Below, piece after piece: positions 16,551 to 25,692 of a stretch of DNA of 64,000 nt. Made by a program: the position numbers and the translations under genes. Numbering within the stretch: position 1 is the first letter of the stretch; every line of letters begins with the position of its first letter. Location of the stretch: positions 69,397 through 133,396 of the forward strand of contig CAXBCP010000004.1 in NCBI GenBank assembly GCA_963974055.1, given 5' to 3'. This DNA is from an uncultured Rhodospirillaceae bacterium. GTDB lineage: Bacteria > Pseudomonadota > Alphaproteobacteria > MPNO01 > UBA830. The notes below the pieces were generated by a model. That model worked only from the letters and a program-made list of their open reading frames with translations, made no database searches and was not told the DNA's origin.

Positions 16551-18116
16551 ATGCTCGATAACGTCGCACTCGAAGATCCCGGGCAGGTATCCTTCGGCGA
16601 AACCGCGCTGACGATTGAGGACGTCCTCGCCGTCGCCCATGCGCGGGCGCCCGTTCGATTGAGTCGATCGCCCGGCTATGTCGCGCATATCCGCTCCGGC
16701 GCCGCTTTCCTCGACCGGGTCCTTCAGGAAGACGGCGTTATTTACGGTGTCACCACGGGCTACGGCGATTCCTGCACGGTCGATATACCGCCGGTGCTCT
16801 TCGGGGAACTGCCGCTGCATCTGCTGCGGTTCCATGGCTGCGGTCTGGGGGCGCACCTGTCCCCGGAAATGGCCCGCGCGGTAATGGCGGTGCGGCTGGC
16901 GTCCCTGTCGCGGGGATATTCGGGGGTGAGCTGGGAACTGATCGAACGTCTCGAAATGTTGCTCAATCACGATGTCACTCCCCTGATCCCGGAAGAAGGA
17001 TCCGTAGGGGCGAGCGGCGACCTGACCCCGCTCTCCTACGTGGCAGCGCTCCTCGTCGGTGAACGCGATGCCGTCCATAATGGGGCGGTCCGGTCCGCGC
17101 AGGACATCCTCGCCGATCTCGACCTCGCGCCCCTGCGGCTGAGACCCAAAGAAGGTCTCGCCATCATGAACGGCACGGCGATGATGACGGCGCTGGCCTG
17201 CGATGCCTTCGCCCGGGCGGAATATCTGACGCGGCTGTGCACGCGGCTGACGGCGCTGTCCTCGGTGGCGCTGCAGGGCAACAGCTATCATTTCGACGAA
17301 AAACTGTTCGCGCTGAAACCGCACCCGGGACAGGGGCAGATCGCGGCCTGGCTCCGCGACGATCTCGCCACCGGCGACACGCCGCGCAATTCGGACCGGT
17401 TGCAGGACCGGTATTCGGTTCGATGCGCGCCCCATGTCATCGGGGTCCTGCGCGACAGCCTGCCGTGGATGCGCGGTTTTATCGAAACCGAACTGAACAG
17501 CACGAACGACAACCCTGTCATCGACAGCGTCGACGAACAGGTATTGCATGGCGGCCATTTTTACGGTGGGCACATTGCGTTTGCGATGGACGGGCTGAAA
17601 AACTGCGTAGCGAATCTCGCCGACCTGATGGATCGGCAGCTTGCCCTGCTGGTGGATACCAAGTTCAGCAACGGGCTGCCGAGCAACCTGTCCGGCGCCG
17701 GCGCGGATCGAGCGGCGATAAATCACGGGTTCAAGGCTGTTCAGATCGGCGTTTCCGCCTGGACCGCCGAGGCGCTGAAACAGACGATGCCGGCGAGCGT
17801 GTTTTCCCGGTCGACCGAATCCCATAACCAGGACAAGGTCAGCATGGGCACGATCGCCGCCAGGGATTGCATCCGGGTATTGGAACTGACCGAACAGGTC
17901 GCCGCTGCACATGCGATGGCGTCGGCGCAGGCGGTCCGGCTGCGCCGGCAGATCGATGCCGGAACAAAGTCCCCGCGCGCAGGCGGCGAAGTGGACCGGT
18001 TCGTGGAAGCCGTGTTCGGCGATGTCGAATTTCTGACGGAGGACCGGGCCCTGGAACAGGACCTTCGTGCGATCGTGGATATCATTCGCACCCGTAAATG
18101 GGGACTGTATGACTGA
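16551..18116 (+). CDS. Aromatic amino acid ammonia-lyase (HAL/PAL/TAL family; probable tyrosine or phenylalanine ammonia-lyase given context)
   Basis: 521 aa; MIO-forming triad in GASGDLTPLSYVA; family-wide motifs (GYSGVSWEL, NDNP, HNQDKVSMG). Confidence 0.85.
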   Translation: MLDNVALEDPGQVSFGETALTIEDVLAVAHARAPVRLSRSPGYVAHIRSGAAFLDRVLQEDGVIYGVTTGYGDSCTVDIPPVLFGELPLHLLRFHGCGLGAHLSPEMARAVMAVRLASLSRGYSGVSWELIERLEMLLNHDVTPLIPEEGSVGASGDLTPLSYVAALLVGERDAVHNGAVRSAQDILADLDLAPLRLRPKEGLAIMNGTAMMTALACDAFARAEYLTRLCTRLTALSSVALQGNSYHFDEKLFALKPHPGQGQIAAWLRDDLATGDTPRNSDRLQDRYSVRCAPHVIGVLRDSLPWMRGFIETELNSTNDNPVIDSVDEQVLHGGHFYGGHIAFAMDGLKNCVANLADLMDRQLALLVDTKFSNGLPSNLSGAGADRAAINHGFKAVQIGVSAWTAEALKQTMPASVFSRSTESHNQDKVSMGTIAARDCIRVLELTEQVAAAHAMASAQAVRLRRQIDAGTKSPRAGGEVDRFVEAVFGDVEFLTEDRALEQDLRAIVDIIRTRKWGLYD

Positions 18117-18537
18117 CCCCGGATCGCCATTGCCGAATGCCGAGGTCGTGGTCGAGATACCGTTTCACGACGTCGATATGATGGGTGTGGCGTGGCATGG
18201 GCACTACGCCAAGTATTGCGAGATTGCGCGTTGCGCCCTGCTCGATACGTTTGCCTATAACTACCGCGAAATGGAGGAGTCCGGCTTTTCGTGGCCGGTG
18301 ATCGAATTCAAACTGCGCTACGCGCACCCGGCCAGGATGGGACAGAAAATCCGTGTCCGGGCATCGTTGCGGGAATACGAACTGCACCTGAAGATCGACT
18401 ACCTGATTACCGATGACGCAACCGGAAACCGTCTGAGCAAGGGGCATACGATCATGGTGCCGGTCGATCTGGAAACCGAAAAAATGCTCTTCGGATCGCC
18501 GCCGGTTCTATACGAAAAGCTCGGTATTGCGCCATGA
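18109..18537 (+). CDS. 4HBT/YbgC-type hotdog thioesterase (ApeK-like)
   Basis: 142 aa from internal ATG overlapping lyase stop; EIPFHDVDMMGVAWHGHY motif of 4-hydroxybenzoyl-CoA thioesterase fold. Confidence 0.7.
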   Translation: MTDPGSPLPNAEVVVEIPFHDVDMMGVAWHGHYAKYCEIARCALLDTFAYNYREMEESGFSWPVIEFKLRYAHPARMGQKIRVRASLREYELHLKIDYLITDDATGNRLSKGHTIMVPVDLETEKMLFGSPPVLYEKLGIAP

Positions 18538-19148
18538 GACGGGTGTTTTCGGCGCTGCTTTCCGCGACCTTCGTATTGGCCGCCGGCCAGGTTCCTGCGG
18601 CGGGTATTGCGGATATCGGCAAAGTGCTGACGCCGGCGCCAATGATCTGCGGCGCGTTCACGCAAAGCAAGTCGCTGAAGGCGCTGGCCCGGCCGCTGGT
18701 GTCGCGCGGACGGGTCGTCTTCGTTTCGGGAACGGGCGTGTTGTGGCAGATAACTTCGCCGTTCCCGTCGCGGCTCCTGTTCAAAACAGAGGCGGTCATC
18801 CGCTGGGATGAAAACGACGTTCCGAAACCTACGGGTTTCGCCCAGTTCCCCCAGTTCCGGGCCCTTTCCGACGTTTTTTTTGCGGTTTTTGACGGCGATA
18901 CGAGCCGCCTGGCGACGGTGTTTGACGCGTCCGCCACGGTTGGCCCGGACACCTGGACGCTGACGCTCAAACCGCGTGACAAGGAATTTGCGGCCCGCAT
19001 TTCGGATATCGACGTTTCCGGCGGGCGCTATGTCGAAGAATTGACGATTACCGAGGGACAGGGCGACCGGACGGCGATACGGTTCAGCGGACTGACTGCC
19101 GACGGTTGCGTGCTCAGCACTGCCGAGAAAGGCTACCTTGCATACTAG
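18534..19148 (+). CDS. LolA-like outer-membrane lipoprotein carrier family protein (ApeL-like)
   Basis: Signal peptide MRRVFSALLSATFVLAAGQ; LolA-fold sized (204 aa); ATGA overlap; position before MMPL exporter. Confidence 0.6.
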   Translation: MRRVFSALLSATFVLAAGQVPAAGIADIGKVLTPAPMICGAFTQSKSLKALARPLVSRGRVVFVSGTGVLWQITSPFPSRLLFKTEAVIRWDENDVPKPTGFAQFPQFRALSDVFFAVFDGDTSRLATVFDASATVGPDTWTLTLKPRDKEFAARISDIDVSGGRYVEELTITEGQGDRTAIRFSGLTADGCVLSTAEKGYLAY

Positions 19149-21483
19149 GCTCATCGCGTTGCTTTGGGTTGCTGCGCTTTGCCTGTTGTCGGCATGGCTG
19201 ATTGCGGCACGCGGCCCGGTCGTCAATACCAACCTGATGGCGCTGCTGCCCAGCAGCGATCGCGACCCGGTCGTGCTGGCCGCGGTTGACCGGGTTCAGA
19301 CAAATTTTGCGCGTCATCTTGCGGTCCTTGTGGGCGCCCCGGACTTCGCCGGCGCCAAGGAGGCCGCGGAGCGCGTTGCGACGCGCATGAAGGCGTCCGG
19401 GCACTTCCGGAAATTGCGGGTAAACGACTATCACGACCTTGTCCGTCATTCGGTTGCGTTCTACCTGCCGCAGCGGTTTCACCTGCTCGGCACAAGGGGA
19501 CGCGCACAATTGACGGCGGGCGACCTTGCCGGTTTCGAACGCGACGTTCTCAAACGTTACTACGCGGCGCAATCGACCGTCGGTTCCGGGCTCGTCGATC
19601 GCGACCCGCTCTTGCTTCTGCCCGCTTTTCTGGAGGAAAGAACACAGCAGGCTACCGGCAAACCGGAACTCCGCGAAGGATACCTGACGGTCCGGGAAAA
19701 GGGCCGTATCTACATAGCCCTGATTGGCGAACTGTCCGAGACGCCGTTTTCGAGCTCGGTGCAACAGGCGCTTATGCCGGAATTCGACCGGCTTCGGCGC
19801 GTTCTGCCGGAAACGGTCGCCGACGCGGACCTGCTCATCGCCGGCGTGCTGCCGCATGCAGCGGCTGGGACGCAAAGCGGCATAGACGAAATTTCGACCG
19901 TCGGGCTCGGCTCGATGCTCGCCATCGTGATTCTGCTGATTGTCATGTTCAGGTCCGTCCAGCCGTTTCTGCTCACCCTGTCGACGATCGGTCTCGGCTG
20001 TGTCAGCGGCTTTGCCGCCTGTCTCGCGATATTCGGCGAAGTGCATCTTATTACCCTGATCTTCGGGTCCAGCCTTGTCGGTATATCGGTGGACTATTCG
20101 TTCCATTATTTCTGCGAACGTTTCCGCCTGCAGGACAAATGGTCGCCGGTTGCCGCCCGCCGTCACGTTCTCCCGGGGATTACGCTTGGGCTATTGACCA
20201 GCGGGATCGGTTTCGCCGGTCTTTTTTTCGCACCTTTTCCAGGCATGCAGGGCATGGCGGTGTTTTCCGTCGTCGGTCTCTGCGTTGCCTATGGATGCGT
20301 GATGCTGTGCTATCCGCCGCTGACGCAGCGACCGACGCCGACGCGAACCGTGCTGCTGCTGCGCTGGATGGAACGGTATAGCGGGTTGTGGCGCCGCAAA
20401 TGGACATGGCATGGCTATGCCGTCGCGGGCGGCCTGGTTATTGTCGCTGTCATCGGATGCCTGCGTCTTGCCGCCAGCGACGACGTTCGCCTGCTGCAGA
20501 CGCCAGACGCCGCGGTTATGGAAGAAGAACTTCGGATCCGGAATCTGATCGGGCGCAATCTGGCAAGCCAGTTCCTCCTTGTCGAAGGGCGGGATGCCGC
20601 CGATTTCCTGGTCCGTGAAGAGGCGCTGACCGGAAAGCTGAAACAGCTGCAGTCCGACGGCAGGCTGGAAGGGCATCTTGCGATCTCGGACTTTGTCGCG
20701 TCGCCGCAGCGCCGGGCGGAAAACCGGGCATTGTTGAAGCGTCTGGTTTCGGGCGAGGGCAGTATCCTGGACAGGGTTGCGCAACGGGTCGGGCTGCCCG
20801 ATGTGACACGCGCCGCTTATGTCGCGGCATTCGAGGCCGCTTCGACAGCGCCGGCCGCCGGAATTCCGGAATGGCTCGCCCATCCGGTGTCCGAACCCCA
20901 TCGTCACCTCTGGCTCGGAAAGAGCGCGCGCGGCGTCGTCGGCGCGGTCGGTCTTCGCGGTGTCCACGATATCGGCGCTATCCGCGCGCTGGCGGGGGAC
21001 GATCCCCAGATTCATTTCGTCGACCCGGCAGGCGATATCTCAGACCTGTTCGGCCAGTATCGCCGCCAGACCGTCTGGCTGACCCTTGCGTCCTATGGTC
21101 TGGTGCTGCTTATTCTGATCCTGCGATACGGGTTGTCCGGCGGGCTTCTGGTAATGGCGCCGCCCGCGATCGCGGCCGTCGTCAGCCTCGGGGTCCTGGG
21201 ATTCGTCGGCGAGCCGGTCAGCCTGTTCAATGTCATGGCGCTTCTGCTGGTGCTTGGTATCGGAGTCGATTATTCCCTGTTCTTCCGCGAAACCGGCGCC
21301 GATAACCCGACGACCTTGCTGGCGATTGCGTTGTCGTGCATCACTACGTTGCTCGCCTTCGGCCTGCTGGCGTTTTCTGCGACAACCGCCATCCACGCCT
21401 TCGGTCTGACCGTTCTCGCCGGTATACTGGCGGCATTCCTGCTGTCGCCCATGTCCGGCTGGCGGCGGCCGGCGGGCGGATAG
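19138..21483 (+). CDS. MMPL/RND-superfamily exporter (ApeM-like)
   Basis: 781 aa with two 6-TM bundles each after a large periplasmic loop (GSSLVGISVDYSFHYF ... LGIGVDYSLFF). Confidence 0.8.
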   Translation: MHTRLIALLWVAALCLLSAWLIAARGPVVNTNLMALLPSSDRDPVVLAAVDRVQTNFARHLAVLVGAPDFAGAKEAAERVATRMKASGHFRKLRVNDYHDLVRHSVAFYLPQRFHLLGTRGRAQLTAGDLAGFERDVLKRYYAAQSTVGSGLVDRDPLLLLPAFLEERTQQATGKPELREGYLTVREKGRIYIALIGELSETPFSSSVQQALMPEFDRLRRVLPETVADADLLIAGVLPHAAAGTQSGIDEISTVGLGSMLAIVILLIVMFRSVQPFLLTLSTIGLGCVSGFAACLAIFGEVHLITLIFGSSLVGISVDYSFHYFCERFRLQDKWSPVAARRHVLPGITLGLLTSGIGFAGLFFAPFPGMQGMAVFSVVGLCVAYGCVMLCYPPLTQRPTPTRTVLLLRWMERYSGLWRRKWTWHGYAVAGGLVIVAVIGCLRLAASDDVRLLQTPDAAVMEEELRIRNLIGRNLASQFLLVEGRDAADFLVREEALTGKLKQLQSDGRLEGHLAISDFVASPQRRAENRALLKRLVSGEGSILDRVAQRVGLPDVTRAAYVAAFEAASTAPAAGIPEWLAHPVSEPHRHLWLGKSARGVVGAVGLRGVHDIGAIRALAGDDPQIHFVDPAGDISDLFGQYRRQTVWLTLASYGLVLLILILRYGLSGGLLVMAPPAIAAVVSLGVLGFVGEPVSLFNVMALLLVLGIGVDYSLFFRETGADNPTTLLAIALSCITTLLAFGLLAFSATTAIHAFGLTVLAGILAAFLLSPMSGWRRPAGG

Positions 21484-21487
21484 GCGG

Positions 21488-22093
21488 ATGATGCGCCGGA
21501 TCGTCATTCTTGCCCTGTTTCTTGCCCTGTTTCTTGCCCTATCGGCCTGTGCGGCGGTCGATCCGCGGTCGCCGACGGATACGGACCGCCCGTATTTTCT
21601 GTCTCTGACGCCGGAAAGCCTTGGCCGCAACCTGTCGCTGAGTCAGCTTGTTACCGGGGAATATGACGGAAATACCTATCGCGTGCGCTACGAGGTTGAA
21701 ATCGTCGGCGACCGGTTGACAATTGTCGGCCTGTCGCCGGTCGGCATCACCCTGTTCATTCTGGACCAGATGGGCGATACCATTACCGTCGATACCCGGC
21801 TCCAGGAGGCGGCCGGATTCGATCCGCGCTATACCCTCTTCGATCTGTACCTGACCTACTGGCCTGCAAGCATCGTTCGGGCCGCCCTGGACAAGAACGG
21901 CATGACACTCGACGAAGATCCCCTCAACGGCAACCGGACCGTACGCGGCGCCGACGGCCGGAAGGTTGTAACGGTGACCTATCCGGCCGCCGGAAATGCC
22001 GGTGCCGGCACGGGCGATGTTACGGCGATCGAACATTTCGACCCGCCTTACCGGCTGCGCATTACGCCGATTAAGGCAGCGGACGGCACATGA
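21488..22093 (+). CDS. Lipoprotein, DUF3261-like (ApeN-position)
   Basis: Signal peptide with lipobox LSAC; contains 12-bp tandem repeat encoding LFLALFLAL. Confidence 0.45.
   Translation: MMRRIVILALFLALFLALSACAAVDPRSPTDTDRPYFLSLTPESLGRNLSLSQLVTGEYDGNTYRVRYEVEIVGDRLTIVGLSPVGITLFILDQMGDTITVDTRLQEAAGFDPRYTLFDLYLTYWPASIVRAALDKNGMTLDEDPLNGNRTVRGADGRKVVTVTYPAAGNAGAGTGDVTAIEHFDPPYRLRITPIKAADGT
21511..21540 (+). repeat. 12-bp tandem repeat TGCCCTGTTTCT x2.5 inside signal-peptide coding region
   Basis: Read directly: tgccctgtttct tgccctgtttct tgccct. Confidence 0.7.
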
Positions 22094-23292
22094 CCCGCCG
22101 TGACGTCGTGTATCTGCCGGCACTCGGGATTGTCAGCGCGCTGGGACGTGGCAAAGACGCCGTAAGGCATCATTTGTTCGCGGGCGAACGGCCCGGCGTC
22201 GTATCCCGCAGCGATCTTCTTATCGACGGGTCGCCGGTTTTTGTCGGCGCCGTCGGCGGTGCGCTGCCATCGGTTCCGGAGGACCTGTCGGCGTATGCCA
22301 GCCGGAATCTGGCTCTGACGATCGCCGCCGCCGATGAAATCCGGCCGGACATCGAAGATGCTATTTCCCGCTACGGGAAAGGGCGGATCGCGGTCGTGAT
22401 GGGCAGCAGCACATCGGGAATATCCGAAGGCGAACAGGCGGTTGAACATGCCCGTTCTATCGGTTGCCTGCCGGCGGATTTCGATATGCGAAAACAGGAG
22501 CTGGGCAGCACCGGCGAGGCGCTTGCGCGCTATCTCGGCCTCGAAGGGCCGGCCCTGTCGGTATCGACCGCCTGCAGTTCGGGCGCCCAGGCCCTGGCGA
22601 TGGGCCGCCGGCTTATCCGGTCGGGACTGGTTGACGCGGTCGTCGCCGGCGGCGCCGACAGCCTGTGCCGGCTTACGGTCAACGGCTTTCATGCCCTGTC
22701 CGCCCACAGCGCCGGTATCTGCAATCCATTCAGCCGAAATCGCGACGGGACGATGATGGGCGAAGGGGCGGCCCTGTTTCTGATCGATTCGGCTGAATCC
22801 GAGATTGCGCTACTGGGGTCCGGCGCGACGACCGATGCCCATAGCATGACCGCCCCCGAGCCCGACGGCAGGGGCGTGGAAGAGGCCATCCTGCAGGCAC
22901 TGGCAGATGCCGGTCTGTCGCCGGAGGCCATCGATTATGTCCACCTGCACGGAACCGGCACGCTGCATAACGATCCGGTCGAAAGCAGCGTGGTGTCGCG
23001 GCTGTTCGGCGCGGATATGCCCAGCAGTTCGTCGAAGGGGCAGATCGGTCATACGCTCGGCGCCGCCGGTGCGATGGGTGCCGCCCATTGCTGGCTCGCG
23101 GGCCATAGCGGCAATTCCAGCCGTTTTCTGCCGCCGCACGTATGGGACGGCGCGGCCGAACCGGGCTTGCTGTCGGATTCGCTCGTTTCCGTCGGCACGC
23201 GGCTCGGTTCCGGTGCGAGGGGGCTGTTTCTCAGCAACGCCATCGCCTTTGGCGGCAATAACGTCGTGCTGGTTCTCGGCGGGGCCGCGTGA
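22090..23292 (+). CDS. Beta-ketoacyl-ACP synthase (elongating KS, ApeO-like)
   Basis: Active-site Cys in STACSSGAQAL, His motifs HLHGTGT and IGHTLGAAG; ATGA overlap upstream. Confidence 0.85.
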   Translation: MTRRDVVYLPALGIVSALGRGKDAVRHHLFAGERPGVVSRSDLLIDGSPVFVGAVGGALPSVPEDLSAYASRNLALTIAAADEIRPDIEDAISRYGKGRIAVVMGSSTSGISEGEQAVEHARSIGCLPADFDMRKQELGSTGEALARYLGLEGPALSVSTACSSGAQALAMGRRLIRSGLVDAVVAGGADSLCRLTVNGFHALSAHSAGICNPFSRNRDGTMMGEGAALFLIDSAESEIALLGSGATTDAHSMTAPEPDGRGVEEAILQALADAGLSPEAIDYVHLHGTGTLHNDPVESSVVSRLFGADMPSSSSKGQIGHTLGAAGAMGAAHCWLAGHSGNSSRFLPPHVWDGAAEPGLLSDSLVSVGTRLGSGARGLFLSNAIAFGGNNVVLVLGGAA

Positions 23293-23744
23293 TGTCGCTT
23301 GAATGGCCGCTTCCCGGTTTGCTGCCCCATAGCGGGCCGATGGTGTTGATCGCCGACCCGGCCCGATACGGCGACGGCTGGGCGGAATCGTCGGTGCGGA
23401 TCGGCGAGGACAGTCTGTTTTACAAAATGGGGGCAGGGGTGCCATCATGGGTTGGGGTCGAATACATGGCGCAGACGATTGCTCTTTATGCGGGTATCCA
23501 GGCGCGGAAAGACGGCGATGATATCAGGATCGGACTGCTTATCGGCTCGCGGCGTTATACAGCGATGACCGACTATTTCGCGCTTGGAAACCGGCTTCGA
23601 ATTCGTGTCTCGGAAGTCTGGCAGGACGAACAGATGGCGGTGTTCGATTGCTCGATCGACGCGGACGAACAGGTTGCGGAAGCCCAGATCAATGTCTTTC
23701 GCCCGGTCGATCCGGCACGGTTCCTGCAGGAATCCAGGCCGTGA
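23289..23744 (+). CDS. Hotdog-fold 3-hydroxyacyl-ACP dehydratase (ApeP-like)
   Basis: 151 aa; FabA/FabZ-like hotdog; ATGA overlap with KS. Confidence 0.65.
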   Translation: MMSLEWPLPGLLPHSGPMVLIADPARYGDGWAESSVRIGEDSLFYKMGAGVPSWVGVEYMAQTIALYAGIQARKDGDDIRIGLLIGSRRYTAMTDYFALGNRLRIRVSEVWQDEQMAVFDCSIDADEQVAEAQINVFRPVDPARFLQESRP

Positions 23745-24466
23745 GCCGCCAGGTTCTGGTCACGGGCGCAAGCCGTGGAATAGGGCGGGAAGTCGCCCTG
23801 ACGCTGGGAGGCGCGGGATTTGACGTCGCCGTCCACTACAATGCGCGCAGCGATGCGGCGGAAGACGTCGCCGCTGCCATCCGCAGTGGCGGCGCCGGGG
23901 CCCGGTTGCTGCAATTCGATATCGGGGACCGGGATGCCGCCCGGGAGGCGATCGAGGCCGATATGGATGCACATGGCGCCTATTACGGCGTTGTCTGTAA
24001 CGCTGGTATTGCCCGGGACAGCGCCTTTCCGGCAATGGAACCGGACGCCTGGGACAGCGTCGTCCATACGAACCTGGACGGCTTCTATAATGTCCTGCAT
24101 CCCGTCATTATGCCCATGGTGCGGAAGAAAGCCGGCGGCCGCATTGTCGTGATGTCGTCCGTCTCCGGTGTGATGGGGAACCGGGGCCAGGTGAACTACA
24201 GCGCATCGAAAGGCGGGCTGATCGCAGCGTCCAAGGCGCTCGCGGTCGAACTGGCAACCCGGCGCATCACGGTGAACTGCGTGGCGCCCGGGCTGATCGA
24301 GACCGATATGACCGAAAACGTGGACGCGGAGCGGGTGCTCGATATGATCCCCGCCCGTCGGTTCGGCCGGGCGGAAGAAGTTGCCGGCCTTGTCGGTTAT
24401 CTGTTTTCTGAGAATGCGGAATACATCACCCGGCAGGTGATCTCCGTGAATGGCGGGATGTCATGA
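23741..24466 (+). CDS. 3-oxoacyl-ACP reductase, SDR family (FabG/ApeQ-like)
   Basis: GTG start (aa offset 31 of track ORF, GTGA overlap); TGASRGIGRE cofactor motif, catalytic S...YSASK. Confidence 0.85.
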   Translation: MSRQVLVTGASRGIGREVALTLGGAGFDVAVHYNARSDAAEDVAAAIRSGGAGARLLQFDIGDRDAAREAIEADMDAHGAYYGVVCNAGIARDSAFPAMEPDAWDSVVHTNLDGFYNVLHPVIMPMVRKKAGGRIVVMSSVSGVMGNRGQVNYSASKGGLIAASKALAVELATRRITVNCVAPGLIETDMTENVDAERVLDMIPARRFGRAEEVAGLVGYLFSENAEYITRQVISVNGGMS

Positions 24467-25692
24467 CGAAACGCGTGGTGGTCACCGGGATGGGCGGCCT
24501 GTCGCCGCTCGGCCTGAACTGGGACGAGGTCGAAGGGAATCTTCGTGCGCGCCGTAGTGCCGTCCGGCATATGCCGGAATGGGATATTGTTGAAGACCTC
24601 AATACCCGTCTTGGCGCGACGGTCCCGGAATTTGACCTGCCGGCCCAGTATTCCCGCAAGCGGACCCGCAGCATGGGCCGCATCGGTATCCTGGCGACAC
24701 GCAGCGCCGAATTTGCACTCGAAGACGCCGGGCTGATCGGCGACCCTGTCCTGTCGGACGGCCGCACCGGGGTCGCGTTCGGATCGTCGTCCGGATCGCC
24801 GCCGGCGCTTGCCGATCTCGGCAAGATCCTGCTGACAAACGATATGGGGTCGATGAACGCGAACACTTATATCCAGATCATGCCCCATACGACCGCGGTG
24901 AACGTGTCCGTGTTTTTCGGCATCTGCGGCAGGTTGCTGCCGACATCGAGTGCCTGCACGTCCGGCAGCCTCGCCATCGGCATGGCGTATGAAGCCATCC
25001 GGCACGGCCAGCAGACGGTGATGGTTGCAGGCGGGGCCGAGGAAATTTCGGTCTCTCAGGCTGCCGTGTTCGATACGCTGTTTGCCACCAGTACTCTTAA
25101 CGACACGCCGACCGAAACGCCGAAACCGTTCGACGCAACCCGCGACGGCATGGTGGTGGGCGAAGGGGCGGGAACGCTTGTCCTCGAGGAACTGGAACAC
25201 GCCCAGGCGCGGGGCGCGACGATTCATGCGGAAATCACCGGGTTCGGCACCAATTCCGACGGCAACCATGTCACCCAGCCGACGGCGAAGACGATGGCGG
25301 CGGCAATGCGTGCTGCGCTGGATGTAGAAGGCCTCTCCCCCTCCGAAATCGGTTACGTCAACGCCCATGGCACCGCCACCGATCTTGGCGACGTCGCCGA
25401 ATCCGAGGCCACCCTGGATGCACTGGGTCACGCAGTGCCGATCAGCTCGCTCAAAAGCTATATGGGGCACACGCTGGGGGCGTGCGGCAGTCTTGAAGCC
25501 TGGATGACGGTCGAGATGCTCAAACGGGACTGGTTCGCGCCGACCATCAACCTGGCCGAAATAGACCCCCGCTGCGCCGAACTCGATTATATCGTCGGCG
25601 ACGGGCGCGATATGAACGTCGAATACGCCATGAACAACAATTTCGCGTTTGGCGGCGTGAACACGTCGCTTATCTTCCGCCGTTGGACGTGA
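24463..25692 (+). CDS. Beta-ketoacyl-ACP synthase I/II-type (initiating/elongating KS, ApeR-like)
   Basis: SACTSGSLAIGMAYEAI active Cys, NAHGTAT and MGHTLGACG His motifs, 409 aa. Confidence 0.9.
   Translation: MTKRVVVTGMGGLSPLGLNWDEVEGNLRARRSAVRHMPEWDIVEDLNTRLGATVPEFDLPAQYSRKRTRSMGRIGILATRSAEFALEDAGLIGDPVLSDGRTGVAFGSSSGSPPALADLGKILLTNDMGSMNANTYIQIMPHTTAVNVSVFFGICGRLLPTSSACTSGSLAIGMAYEAIRHGQQTVMVAGGAEEISVSQAAVFDTLFATSTLNDTPTETPKPFDATRDGMVVGEGAGTLVLEELEHAQARGATIHAEITGFGTNSDGNHVTQPTAKTMAAAMRAALDVEGLSPSEIGYVNAHGTATDLGDVAESEATLDALGHAVPISSLKSYMGHTLGACGSLEAWMTVEMLKRDWFAPTINLAEIDPRCAELDYIVGDGRDMNVEYAMNNNFAFGGVNTSLIFRRWT

Noticed and set aside
15921-17912. 663-aa minus-strand ORF antisense to the ammonia-lyase and LpxL-like genes. 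Similar long antisense ORFs occur at 12878..13882, 19114..20166, 27630..29504, 29353..30429, 44291..45448, 47155..48357 and 51148..53550
   Set aside because: This is a typical high-GC antisense artefact. The translations are Arg/Ala/Gly/Pro-rich with no recognisable domains and no RBS. Each lies entirely inside a gene with a clear family signature on the other strand.
16551-18116. Considered calling the lyase histidine ammonia-lyase (hutH)
   Set aside because: No hutU/hutI/hutG neighbours. The gene is embedded and translationally coupled within the polyketide-pigment operon, so I reported it as an aromatic amino acid ammonia-lyase of undetermined specificity.
21511-21540. Possible CRISPR-like repeat
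   Set aside because: Only 2.5 copies of a 12-bp unit with no spacers, in-frame within a signal peptide. No cas genes anywhere in the window.
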